A DNA stretch of 64,000 nt, taken from Promethearchaeota archaeon (lineage in GTDB: Archaea > Asgardarchaeota > Lokiarchaeia > Sigyniarchaeales > SOKP01). The DNA is taken from assembly GCA_011364975.1 (NCBI GenBank), contig RDOE01000001.1, forward strand, positions 32,001 through 96,000, given 5' to 3'. Below the pieces are notes generated by a model. That model was not told where the DNA came from and did not search any database. It saw only the letters and a list, made by a program, of their open reading frames with translations. This document shows positions 47,597-56,880 of the stretch, piece after piece. How positions within the stretch are numbered: the first letter of the stretch is position 1; every line of letters starts with the position of its first letter. A program made the position numbers and the translations under genes.

Positions 47597-48724
47597 ATGG
47601 AGAGAATTAATAGCATAGACAGTGTTCGTGGCATGTGTATGTGGATAATGATCTACGGCCACATGTTAGATTGGTGGATAAATCCAGCAGATATATGGTT
47701 TAGAAATTGGTTATATGCATTCTTAGAACCAATTGGAGCCACAGGATTTCTATTTGTTTCAGGAATTAGTACAAGTTTAGCATTTAGGAGTAGTTACATA
47801 AAAAGAGAGACTTCAAATAACTTCAATGTTAAATTAACTAAATATTCTTATTTCTTTAGAGCTTTTTTGATTCTTTTAATTGGTTTCGTTGTTAACTCAT
47901 TTTCTCTTTTAATGTTGAAGGGTTCTATTTTTGATATTTGGAGTTGGCTTGTCTTACAAACTATTGCTATCTCATTAATTTTTTCTTGGCCATTCTTAAA
48001 TAAATCTAAGCTTTTTCGAATAATTTTAGGACTCTCCCTTATATCAGTAAATCAAATCATACTAACTTACCTTGATCCTTTTAAAGGACAATTTAATCTT
48101 TATGGGGTATTATTTCATTTTTTATTTAATCCGCTAAGTCAATATATAATTTTATTATATTTTGGTATCTTTTTAATCGGTACTGTTCTAGGTGAACTAA
48201 TATTCAATATTAATATCTCAAAGACCCAACAGGAAAGATTATATAACTTTAAAAACAAACTTTTTAAGAAATCCTTATTATTTGGAGGTATTTCAATAGG
48301 ATTTGGATTAATTTTTGCTTTTCCGAATTTCTTAATTTTAAATACCTTATCTTCCATTATCTATTCTATGGGAATAATATTAGTGTTGATAACATTACTA
48401 ATTTATAGAGAATTAGCTGAAAAAATTAAGCTTAAAAGAAGTTATCGATATCTTTATTTTTATTCTTATTATTCTTTTACTATATATTTAGGACATTATG
48501 TTATCTACTCCTTATTTTTGGATCAACTTAATTGGATAATATTCATGATTCTAGTATTTGGTGTTGCAAATGCAATTACTACCTTTTTATTAAGAACAAT
48601 ATATATAAAATTAGGGAGTAAATTTTCTTTGAAAACGGGGATAAATACAATGAGTTTTATGTTAGCTATGAAAATTGTAAAAAGAAAACAGCATAAAACA
48701 ATTAGTCTCGCAACAGATATATAG
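47597..48724 (+). CDS. HGSNAT/DUF1624-like multi-TM acyltransferase (3 of 3)
   Basis: RINSIDSVRGMCMWIMIYGH, FLFVSGIS, VLQTIA, YSFTIYLGH. Confidence 0.8.
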   Translation: MERINSIDSVRGMCMWIMIYGHMLDWWINPADIWFRNWLYAFLEPIGATGFLFVSGISTSLAFRSSYIKRETSNNFNVKLTKYSYFFRAFLILLIGFVVNSFSLLMLKGSIFDIWSWLVLQTIAISLIFSWPFLNKSKLFRIILGLSLISVNQIILTYLDPFKGQFNLYGVLFHFLFNPLSQYIILLYFGIFLIGTVLGELIFNINISKTQQERLYNFKNKLFKKSLLFGGISIGFGLIFAFPNFLILNTLSSIIYSMGIILVLITLLIYRELAEKIKLKRSYRYLYFYSYYSFTIYLGHYVIYSLFLDQLNWIIFMILVFGVANAITTFLLRTIYIKLGSKFSLKTGINTMSFMLAMKIVKRKQHKTISLATDI

Positions 48725-48850
48725 AATTAAATAATGTCCGCAAAACTATATTAATAAACTCAATTCACATAATAATATATGTTTTTAAGAAGAAATATAA
48801 ATTTGGATGTTTTTTGATCTGAAATGAATTAATATTAACTTCACGAAGAA

Positions 48851-49624
48851 ATGAAAGAAAGATTAGATTTACTAGTAGTAGAACGCCGTTTAGTAGAAAG
48901 CAGAAGTAAAGCACATTGGTTAATTAGAGAGGGTTTAGTCTCTGTGGATGGTAAAATAATTATTAAACCAGGAAAGTTAATTCATAATTATTCCAAAATC
49001 GAATTGATAAAAGAATTTCCGTATGTTGGTCGGGGCGGTTTGAAATTAGAAGCTGCTTTAAAAAATTTCACAATATTACCTAAAGATAAAGTTTGTGTTG
49101 ATATAGGAGCCTCAATTGGTGGTTTTACCGATTGTTTACTAAAGCACGGAGCGTCTAGAGTATATGCGATTGATAGTGCCACTGGTTTACTCCATCCTTC
49201 TTTAGTATGTAAACCTGAAAAGGTAATAAAACTTCTTGGAGTCGATGCTCGAAATGTAAACACATTAAATGAAAAGATAGATATAGTCACTATAGATATT
49301 ACTTTTGCTTCACTTAAATCAATACTACCGAATGTCTTAAACTTCTTGAAAAAAGATGGAGATATTATTGTTTTAATTAAGCCTATTTTTGAAACTGATT
49401 TCCATAATTTAAATAAATTTAAAATTATTACAGACCCCAAATTATTGATTAGAATATTGGACGATTTGTTCAAATGGTGTATCGACAATGGGATCTATCT
49501 TAAAAATATTATGAAATCTCCTATTCCAGGTAAAGGAGGCTCTATTGAATTTTTAGCTCATTTTAAAATGGAAAAATTACCTAATTTTAAATATGAGAAT
49601 ATTTTAAAGAATATAGTAAAATAG
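48851..49624 (+). CDS. tlyA: TlyA-family rRNA methyltransferase (S4 plus FtsJ domains)
   Basis: RLDLLVVER..SRSKA, YVGRGGLKL, DIGASIGGFTD, LIKPIFE, SPIPGKGG. Confidence 0.9.
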   Translation: MKERLDLLVVERRLVESRSKAHWLIREGLVSVDGKIIIKPGKLIHNYSKIELIKEFPYVGRGGLKLEAALKNFTILPKDKVCVDIGASIGGFTDCLLKHGASRVYAIDSATGLLHPSLVCKPEKVIKLLGVDARNVNTLNEKIDIVTIDITFASLKSILPNVLNFLKKDGDIIVLIKPIFETDFHNLNKFKIITDPKLLIRILDDLFKWCIDNGIYLKNIMKSPIPGKGGSIEFLAHFKMEKLPNFKYENILKNIVK

Positions 49625-49638
49625 CTTTTATTTATAAT

Positions 49639-50808
49639 TTAATGATTAGGGTAAGAACGGAAGAGTTTTCCCCAATCAGTCTTAAAAAATTCCTTTATCC
49701 TCTTTCTTCCGATTGAAGGATACCAAAACATATCATGATAAACTAAAGATAACATAATTGGTACGGTGAAGAATAGTTCGTTCCTCATTAGTGGGTTTAA
49801 AAATTGAAGTGTGCCTTTTCTAACCATTTGATCACCCCAAATTACTAAACTACGTTTAACTTGAAATTTCCAGTCTATATCTGAAACATTCTCTCCAATT
49901 ATATCTATCTGATCAACATCTCCACATCCCAATCCTTCATCATGGGCGAGTTTGATTGCGGGTAACTTTAAAGGTTCAAAACCCATCATTTTAGCGACAA
50001 CCGCATCTACCGCTACTTGGTCATATCCTGCTAAAAGATAATTTTTTATACGTGGAATCATGGTTCTCGGTCCAGCACCATCTCCGCATACTGTGCCATC
50101 TACGATGGCTAATATGTGCGGATGAATCTGTTTTTGAATGATAAGCAAATCCACCAATACTTCAGACATATATTGATGGCTAAAGTGTCTCCTCTTTGTC
50201 AATAATCCACCGAAAGCATTTTTCATTGCGCATGTTATTCCTCCATTTTTCATTTCACCTTCCGTATGTTTTAGGTCACCTCCTAAAGCGCCTGTATGCC
50301 CGTGTGTTTTCATAGTTGGAAGGTGGATAATTGGTTTACCAACATAAAATTTTGGAATTTTAAATCCTTCCGGAAATATTTTTGAATCGAGAACATGAAG
50401 ATTTGTAGCTTTAAGATTAATAAATTTAGATCGTAGAGATTCATAAGGCACGAAAGGAATGCGTGTTAGAGGGACAAATCTCACCCCATATTTTTTAATA
50501 ATTGGATTCCATTTATTACCTTTCAATCCTTTTTCAATATTAGTAACGACTGTTCTATTTTCAGCAGTAAATAAATTTTTGGGAGAGTATCCATCTTCTA
50601 TTAAGGTTTTGAGTACCCCTTCAAGTTGCCAAGGGGGACTGGAACAAGAGGGAAAGAATTTTGACCAACTTAAGTTTAATTTAATAATAATTTTATCTGT
50701 AGTATTAAAAAAATTCTGATAGTTTGCTAAATGTATTAGGTTTCTATAATCATTTAGGATATTCTCAGGTGAGGTTTTTAGTATAAATATTTTAGATTGA
50801 TTAGTCAT
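49639..50808 (-). CDS. DUF362 family protein
   Basis: KLNLSW, HLPTMKTH, AMKNAFGG, DGTVCGDGAGP, DQVAVDA. Confidence 0.85.
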   Translation of the reverse strand: MTNQSKIFILKTSPENILNDYRNLIHLANYQNFFNTTDKIIIKLNLSWSKFFPSCSSPPWQLEGVLKTLIEDGYSPKNLFTAENRTVVTNIEKGLKGNKWNPIIKKYGVRFVPLTRIPFVPYESLRSKFINLKATNLHVLDSKIFPEGFKIPKFYVGKPIIHLPTMKTHGHTGALGGDLKHTEGEMKNGGITCAMKNAFGGLLTKRRHFSHQYMSEVLVDLLIIQKQIHPHILAIVDGTVCGDGAGPRTMIPRIKNYLLAGYDQVAVDAVVAKMMGFEPLKLPAIKLAHDEGLGCGDVDQIDIIGENVSDIDWKFQVKRSLVIWGDQMVRKGTLQFLNPLMRNELFFTVPIMLSLVYHDMFWYPSIGRKRIKEFFKTDWGKLFRSYPNH

Positions 50809-50964
50809 AATTACTAATAAAAATACTTTATAATTTATGTTTTTTTTTAATCTCTCTAAAATTGAAATCAGAATAAAAAAATTAAACTAGTTCAAGATAA
50901 TATGTGTTTACCGCATTAAACTAATGAAATAAAGAATAAAAGTTATAAAAATAAATAATTTTAA

Positions 50965-52014
50965 TTAATCTGAGATATATTCCATTCCTTCATAAGATTT
51001 TTTTTCGGATCTCATTGGATTACAATACATGTAATGATCTCCGCCTAAATCTATTTTTACAGGGTTCCTTAAACCACATCCTTCATGATCAGATACTTCT
51101 GGACATCTTGGATGAAATGCACATCCAGAGGGAGGGTTTATAGGACTAGGTACATCTCCTTTAAGAATAACTCGATTTATTCTAGATTCTGGATCGAATG
51201 TAGGTCTTGCCGATAAGAGGGCTTTTGTATAAGGATGTGTAGAATTATAGAATACTTCTTCTATATTTCCGCCTTCGACAAATTTCCCTAGATACATTAC
51301 TTCGATACGATCACCTATATGTTGAATAACACTTAAATCATGTGTTATAAAAAGATAGGATAAGTCGAATTCTTTTTGTAAATCCTTCAGTAGATTTAAA
51401 ATTTGAGCTTGAACAGATACATCAAGAGCTGAAGTTGGTTCATCTAGTATTATAATTTCTGGATTACAAGCTAATGCTCGAGCAATTACAATCCTTTGTT
51501 TTTGTCCACCAGAAAATTCATGAGGATATCTATCCAAATGTTCATTTTTCATAGAAACTGTTTCAAGGAGTTCTAAGACACGTTTTCGAATTTCTCTTCT
51601 CTTTTTCATTCCCATAAGCAGACGTAGTGGTTCTCCCACAATATTTACTACTTTCCATCTGGGATTAAGGGAAGAGTCAGGATCTTGAAAGACCATTTGA
51701 ATTTTTTTCCTATATTCTTTTGTAAAATTGTTGTCTATTCTTTTTCCTTTATACCAGATTTCCCCTGCTGTTGCTGGAACAAGGTTTAATATAGTATTTC
51801 CAATAGTAGTTTTACCGCATCCACTTTCACCTACTAATCCAAGAGTCTCTCTTTTATAAAGATTAAAAGATACTCCGTCGACTGCTCTAACTTCTCCAAT
51901 TTTTCTTTTAAGAATTCCACCATAGATTGGATAGTATGTTTTTAAATTCTTTACTGAAAGAATTATATCTTCAGATTTATGTGAATCAATCGGTATTTCT
52001 TCACTTATTGTCAT
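50965..52014 (-). CDS. oppF: Oligopeptide/dipeptide ABC transporter ATPase
   Basis: GESGCGKTT, FSGGQKQR, DEPTSALD, HPYT, PPSGCAFHPRC. Confidence 0.93.
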   Translation of the reverse strand: MTISEEIPIDSHKSEDIILSVKNLKTYYPIYGGILKRKIGEVRAVDGVSFNLYKRETLGLVGESGCGKTTIGNTILNLVPATAGEIWYKGKRIDNNFTKEYRKKIQMVFQDPDSSLNPRWKVVNIVGEPLRLLMGMKKRREIRKRVLELLETVSMKNEHLDRYPHEFSGGQKQRIVIARALACNPEIIILDEPTSALDVSVQAQILNLLKDLQKEFDLSYLFITHDLSVIQHIGDRIEVMYLGKFVEGGNIEEVFYNSTHPYTKALLSARPTFDPESRINRVILKGDVPSPINPPSGCAFHPRCPEVSDHEGCGLRNPVKIDLGGDHYMYCNPMRSEKKSYEGMEYISD

Positions 52015-52046
52015 TTTCTTTTCCTCTTTAAGTTTTAAGTTAGTTT

Positions 52047-53318
52047 TTATACTTTACCTGATAATTCAAACTCTTCTTCTTCCCACTCATATTTAGGTGA
52101 GTCTTTATATTCTGGATCATATAAGTGGCAAGCAATATAATATTTATCTGCTATTTCGAGAAACCTTGGTTTAACTTTATCGCATACCTCAAGTCTAAAA
52201 TCACATCTTGGATGAAATCTACAACCTGAAGGCGGATAAATTAGATTTGGGACCATTCCTCTAATAGTCTTTAACTTTTGATCCCTTTTTTCTATACTTG
52301 GAATAGCACCAATTAGTCCTTGAGTATATGGATGTTTTGGTTTTTTAAATAATTCAACTGCTGTTGCATATTCAACAATATTACCGCTATACATTACCGC
52401 AACGCGATCACACAAATCTGCAATAATGCCTAGGTCATGAGTGATCATCAAAATAGAAGTCTGAAATCTGTCTTTTAAATCTTTCATTAAATCAAGAATT
52501 TGAGCTTGAATTGTAACATCGAGCGCAGTAGTAGGCTCATCAGCGCATAGAAGGACGGGATTACAGGTTAATGCCATAGCAATCATAACTCTTTGTCGCA
52601 TTCCACCACTTAGTTCGTGAGGATATCTTTTTAAAATCCCCTTTGCATCAGCAATTCCGACTTCATTAACTATTTTTTCAGCCTCTTCCAAAACTATAGT
52701 TTTTATAGTTATAGCGCCTTTCATCTTTTCCTTAATAGATTCAATTTTCTCATTGATTTCATTTATTTCTTCAGTGTTTAATCTTTCCGCTTCATCTTTT
52801 AGCTTTTTTTGAAGTTCTCTTACTTCTTTCATCCGTACTCTTCTGGTCTCCCTACGTTCTTGTAAAACACCTTTTATTCTGTCCTTTTGATGTAAAAGGA
52901 ATACTTCTCCAATTTGATTTCCCACCGTCATAACTGGATTAAGAGAATTTAAAGGATCTTGGAAAATCATAGTAATTTTATTTCCACGATAATTCCTCAT
53001 TTCTTTTCTACTTAATCCAACTAGATTTTTGCCATTTAGGGAAATAGTACCCTCCATAATTTTTCCAGGAGCTCTAACTAATCCAAGGATTGAAAGTGCA
53101 GTTACTGATTTTCCGCAACCAGTTTCTCCAACTAGTCCAAGAACTTCATTCTTGTAAATATCAAAAGAAACGCCGTCAACAGCCTTTACAATCCCCTCTT
53201 CTGTAAAGAAGTAAGTTTTTAAATTTCTTACTTCAATAAGAGGTTTCCTTATCTCTTCCTCTTTTTCTTCAAATTCTTCAATACTTTCTGCTTCCTTTCC
53301 ATTTTCTGAATCGATCAT
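52047..53318 (-). CDS. oppD: Oligopeptide/dipeptide ABC transporter ATPase with a coiled-coil insertion
   Basis: GETGCGKS, LSGGMRQR, DEPTTALD, GCRFHPRC. Confidence 0.93.
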   Translation of the reverse strand: MIDSENGKEAESIEEFEEKEEEIRKPLIEVRNLKTYFFTEEGIVKAVDGVSFDIYKNEVLGLVGETGCGKSVTALSILGLVRAPGKIMEGTISLNGKNLVGLSRKEMRNYRGNKITMIFQDPLNSLNPVMTVGNQIGEVFLLHQKDRIKGVLQERRETRRVRMKEVRELQKKLKDEAERLNTEEINEINEKIESIKEKMKGAITIKTIVLEEAEKIVNEVGIADAKGILKRYPHELSGGMRQRVMIAMALTCNPVLLCADEPTTALDVTIQAQILDLMKDLKDRFQTSILMITHDLGIIADLCDRVAVMYSGNIVEYATAVELFKKPKHPYTQGLIGAIPSIEKRDQKLKTIRGMVPNLIYPPSGCRFHPRCDFRLEVCDKVKPRFLEIADKYYIACHLYDPEYKDSPKYEWEEEEFELSGKV

Positions 53319-53352
53319 CGATTAAATCCTTTGTAGTTTATTTTAAACAATT

Positions 53353-54354
53353 CTATAAATTCCTAAGACGTGGATCAAGAGCATCTCTTAAACCATCCCC
53401 AACCAACATGAATCCAAGAACAGTTATTAATATCATAAGACCCGGCCATAGGGATGCATAAGGCGCCATAACGATATGCCCTCTGGCAATATCGATATCT
53501 CGACCCCATTCTATTAAATTTACATCGCTATACCCTAAAAAGGCTAATCCCGCAAGGCTTAATATTATTCCTCCAATATCAAATGTAAATGATATAATTA
53601 TAGGTTGTATACAATTGGGCAAGATGTGTCTAAACATTATTCTCCAATTTCCAGCACCCGCAACTCTCGCCGCTTCAACATAAGGTAAGGCTCTTGCTTG
53701 AAGAACAGATCCCCGAATTAATCGTGAATAATATGGTATACCTAAAATACCATATGCAAGCATGATATATTCCATTCTTTGACCCCAAATAGCAATAAAT
53801 ACCATCGCTAAAATTAATCCAGGAAATGCTAAGAAGATATCAATAATTCTCATGATAATAGAATCAATCCAACCCCCATAGTAGGCAGCGACAACCCCCA
53901 CAATAACTCCAAAAATAACACTAAACGTAATTGCAGGGAGAGCAATCGTCAATGAGGCTCTCGCGCCGTATATCATACGTGATAATACATCTCTTCCAAA
54001 TTCCGTTTGACCGAGAGGATAATTTATTGAGGGAAGCCCCCACGAATTACCTGGGAGTCCATTAGCTTGTTCAAATGTATAAGGAGCGATCCATTCAGGG
54101 AATACCGCTAAAGTTACTACAACAAATACAATCCCTATACCTGTAAGGGTAAGGACAGATTTGAGCCTTCGTATAAATTTTCTTTTACTTATTGATTTTT
54201 CATATTCAAGTTCTCTTAAAGATAACTCATCTATTCGTGCTCCAGGTATTAATAGAAATTTCAGATTTGAAAATAGCCATTTTAGCATTGTTTTAATTAG
54301 GTTTTCTTTTTTTTCTTCTTTTTCCAATCTTGTTTCATATACTTGTTCTGTCAT
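53353..54354 (-). CDS. oppC: Oligopeptide ABC transporter permease
   Basis: GRDVLSRMIYGARASL, EAA loop YVEAARVAGA, GDGLRDALDPR. Confidence 0.93.
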   Translation of the reverse strand: MTEQVYETRLEKEEKKENLIKTMLKWLFSNLKFLLIPGARIDELSLRELEYEKSISKRKFIRRLKSVLTLTGIGIVFVVVTLAVFPEWIAPYTFEQANGLPGNSWGLPSINYPLGQTEFGRDVLSRMIYGARASLTIALPAITFSVIFGVIVGVVAAYYGGWIDSIIMRIIDIFLAFPGLILAMVFIAIWGQRMEYIMLAYGILGIPYYSRLIRGSVLQARALPYVEAARVAGAGNWRIMFRHILPNCIQPIIISFTFDIGGIILSLAGLAFLGYSDVNLIEWGRDIDIARGHIVMAPYASLWPGLMILITVLGFMLVGDGLRDALDPRLRNL

Positions 54355-54372
54355 TTTTTACCAACTCATATT

Positions 54373-55389
54373 TTAATATCTAATTCTTGGATCTATAAAT
54401 CCATATATTAAATCTATTCCGAGATTTATTACGATAAAGACAATTGTGGTTAAAAATACAATTGCATTAAGGAGCCAATAATCGGTGTTTTGTATAGCTT
54501 GGATCAAAGCTTCACCCATACCATGTAAATTGAAGGTCGTTTCAGTTAAAACAGCACCTGAAAGTAACCCACCAAAATTCAATCCAATGACAGTGACCGT
54601 CGGGATCAAAGCATTTTTACGCGCGTGCGTGTTAATCACATCTCTTTCTTTACATCCTTTGGCTCTAGCCGTTCTAACATAGTCTTGTTCTAAAACTTCT
54701 AACATACTAGAACGTGTCTGTCTGGTAATTGAAGCAATTGTAATGAAGGATAGGCAAAAGACGGGTAAAATTAAATGATGTAAGTAGTCTGTAATTAAAT
54801 ACATTCTTCCTGATAATAAGGAATCAAATATTCGGTTGAGAGTAATCACTGGGGGATCACCAATTCCCGCAGTTTTATAATTTGCTGTTGGAAACCAATC
54901 AAGTTGATACGCTAGAAAATATTGCAAAATGAGGCCCATCCAAAAAACTGGAATCGATACACCAATTAATGCAATACCCCGTAAAACCGTATCTTTCCAT
55001 CTATTTCGATTAGTTGCTGAAATAACTCCCGTTTTCAATCCGATTATTGAAGCTATTATAATGGCAAAAATTGCGATATCAAAAGTGCGAGGAAACCTTT
55101 CCATAACAATTACCCAGACGGGTTGTCCTTGAGCAAGGACAAACGAAGTCCCCCAATCTCCCACAAACAATCTACCAATATATAGGAAATACTGCTGTAT
55201 GATTGGTAAATGTAAACCAAGTCTTTCATATGCGATTCGATAATCTTCGGGGTCAAATCTATCTGGTAAAGACGCTAAAACAGGGTCACCAGGCATTAAT
55301 CGTGATAATATGAAGGTTATTGTCAATACCCCAAATAAAACAGGGACCGCTGCTAATACTCTCCTAAGAATATATTTAAGCATACTCAT
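54373..55389 (-). CDS. oppB: Oligopeptide ABC transporter permease
   Basis: MPGDP, DYVRTARAKG, IDPRIRY. Confidence 0.93.
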   Translation of the reverse strand: MSMLKYILRRVLAAVPVLFGVLTITFILSRLMPGDPVLASLPDRFDPEDYRIAYERLGLHLPIIQQYFLYIGRLFVGDWGTSFVLAQGQPVWVIVMERFPRTFDIAIFAIIIASIIGLKTGVISATNRNRWKDTVLRGIALIGVSIPVFWMGLILQYFLAYQLDWFPTANYKTAGIGDPPVITLNRIFDSLLSGRMYLITDYLHHLILPVFCLSFITIASITRQTRSSMLEVLEQDYVRTARAKGCKERDVINTHARKNALIPTVTVIGLNFGGLLSGAVLTETTFNLHGMGEALIQAIQNTDYWLLNAIVFLTTIVFIVINLGIDLIYGFIDPRIRY

Positions 55390-55448
55390 AAAGTTTTAAA
55401 TCACCCACAATTTTTTAATATTTTTATAATATTCATTAATTTTTTTAT

Positions 55449-55928
55449 TTAAAGTTCGATTGTTTTAATTCTTGCGACAAATTCTTTATACTTTTGCTTC
55501 GCAAAAGCACCCAGGATTGCACTTACTAAATTTATGCCTAAGAGTGTAAGTATTGTGATATAACTCTCGATACTGCCAAAGTATAATGCAAACATTTCAC
55601 CAGTTAATTGAAAGAAATCGCGTTGAAAACTATTTATAAATATATACCAGATCCAAGACTCAATAGTGATAACCGCAATAAGCCAAATACTATTTTTAAT
55701 CCCATATTCAAAGAATTGTTCCCTAAAAGACATATAAAAAACAATTAGAACCAGAATTATCAGAGATAAAATAGAGGCTGGATTAAAAAGCACTTGATAA
55801 AGAAATAGAACTCTATTCCCTATCGATTTTTCATAGATATTGCTAATATATCCAAAGAATACAAAATGAATCATCAAAACGGCAAGTACGAAATTTCCCT
55901 GCCTACCTATGTCAATCTTATTTCTCAT
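55449..55928 (-). CDS. Hypothetical four-TM membrane protein inside the opp cluster
   Basis: Four hydrophobic segments; start overlaps the upstream stop by 4 bp. Confidence 0.75.
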   Translation of the reverse strand: MRNKIDIGRQGNFVLAVLMIHFVFFGYISNIYEKSIGNRVLFLYQVLFNPASILSLIILVLIVFYMSFREQFFEYGIKNSIWLIAVITIESWIWYIFINSFQRDFFQLTGEMFALYFGSIESYITILTLLGINLVSAILGAFAKQKYKEFVARIKTIEL

Positions 55929-56806
55929 AATAAATGCTCTAAATTTATTTTACTTAATTTAAAATTTTTTATAGAAAAATCTTGGTTATTTTTTTCAATA
56001 TTTGATCTTTTATTAATTATTCCTTTGTTGTTCCAAATCATAGTATCTATAGGCGCTTGGTTTTCTTCGTCTAACAATTTTTTGTTGTAAGCAAAGCAAT
56101 CAAAAAGATCGTCGTATATTAAATAAGGCACGAATGTCAATTTATTAACTTTATTCTTTTTTTTATGTTCTACTTCGATGGGAATTATATCGGGGTAATA
56201 TTTCCCTTTTTTTTCACGATATAACTTAACTTCTTTTAGTTGTCCCCTTTCAATTATTTGAATCTTGTTGTTCTCTATTTTTTCCTTAAAATATTTAATA
56301 TTAGTTTCACAATAATCAAGGTTTTTTAAAATATATTCTTCTGATCCAATTTTAATGCTTTCATTTTCGATGGAGATATAAAATTTTAAATATTCACTGA
56401 TTAAGAAATAAAAATCTTGCCTCAAACTTGGGATTTCGGATTCTAGATTGATAGAGCTATCAAACCATTTTAATAACGTGGCAAAACTAAGCTCCCGATA
56501 TGTAATTTCCTTATATTTTCTTTTGCCATAAATTATTAAATTCTTTAATCCTTCAATATAAAATTTAGTTAAATTAAAAGATAAGTCTAGCTCGTCAAGA
56601 GTATTTTCAAGAGCATTCAAATTAGGGATTAGGATAAAGATCGATTCCCCATTGGAAAGTCTGTCTATTCTCATAGGAAGAGGCATAATAGGAGTTCTAA
56701 ATAAATCAGTAGAAAAAATATCAAAATAAAATAACGTAGGGGCAAGATCGTTTTTAAAGGATTTTAATTTTGCAGGAGGACTTGCTACTCCTAATCTTGG
56801 ACACAT
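55925..56806 (-). CDS. Hypothetical soluble protein inside the opp cluster
   Basis: 293-aa ORF; no motif recognised. Confidence 0.75.
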   Translation of the reverse strand: MCPRLGVASPPAKLKSFKNDLAPTLFYFDIFSTDLFRTPIMPLPMRIDRLSNGESIFILIPNLNALENTLDELDLSFNLTKFYIEGLKNLIIYGKRKYKEITYRELSFATLLKWFDSSINLESEIPSLRQDFYFLISEYLKFYISIENESIKIGSEEYILKNLDYCETNIKYFKEKIENNKIQIIERGQLKEVKLYREKKGKYYPDIIPIEVEHKKKNKVNKLTFVPYLIYDDLFDCFAYNKKLLDEENQAPIDTMIWNNKGIINKRSNIEKNNQDFSIKNFKLSKINLEHLL

Positions 56807-56880
56807 AATAGTATTATATTATTAGATATTTTAACAAAATACAAAAAAAAAAAAAATTTAATTTTTGCTCTTATCCCAGT

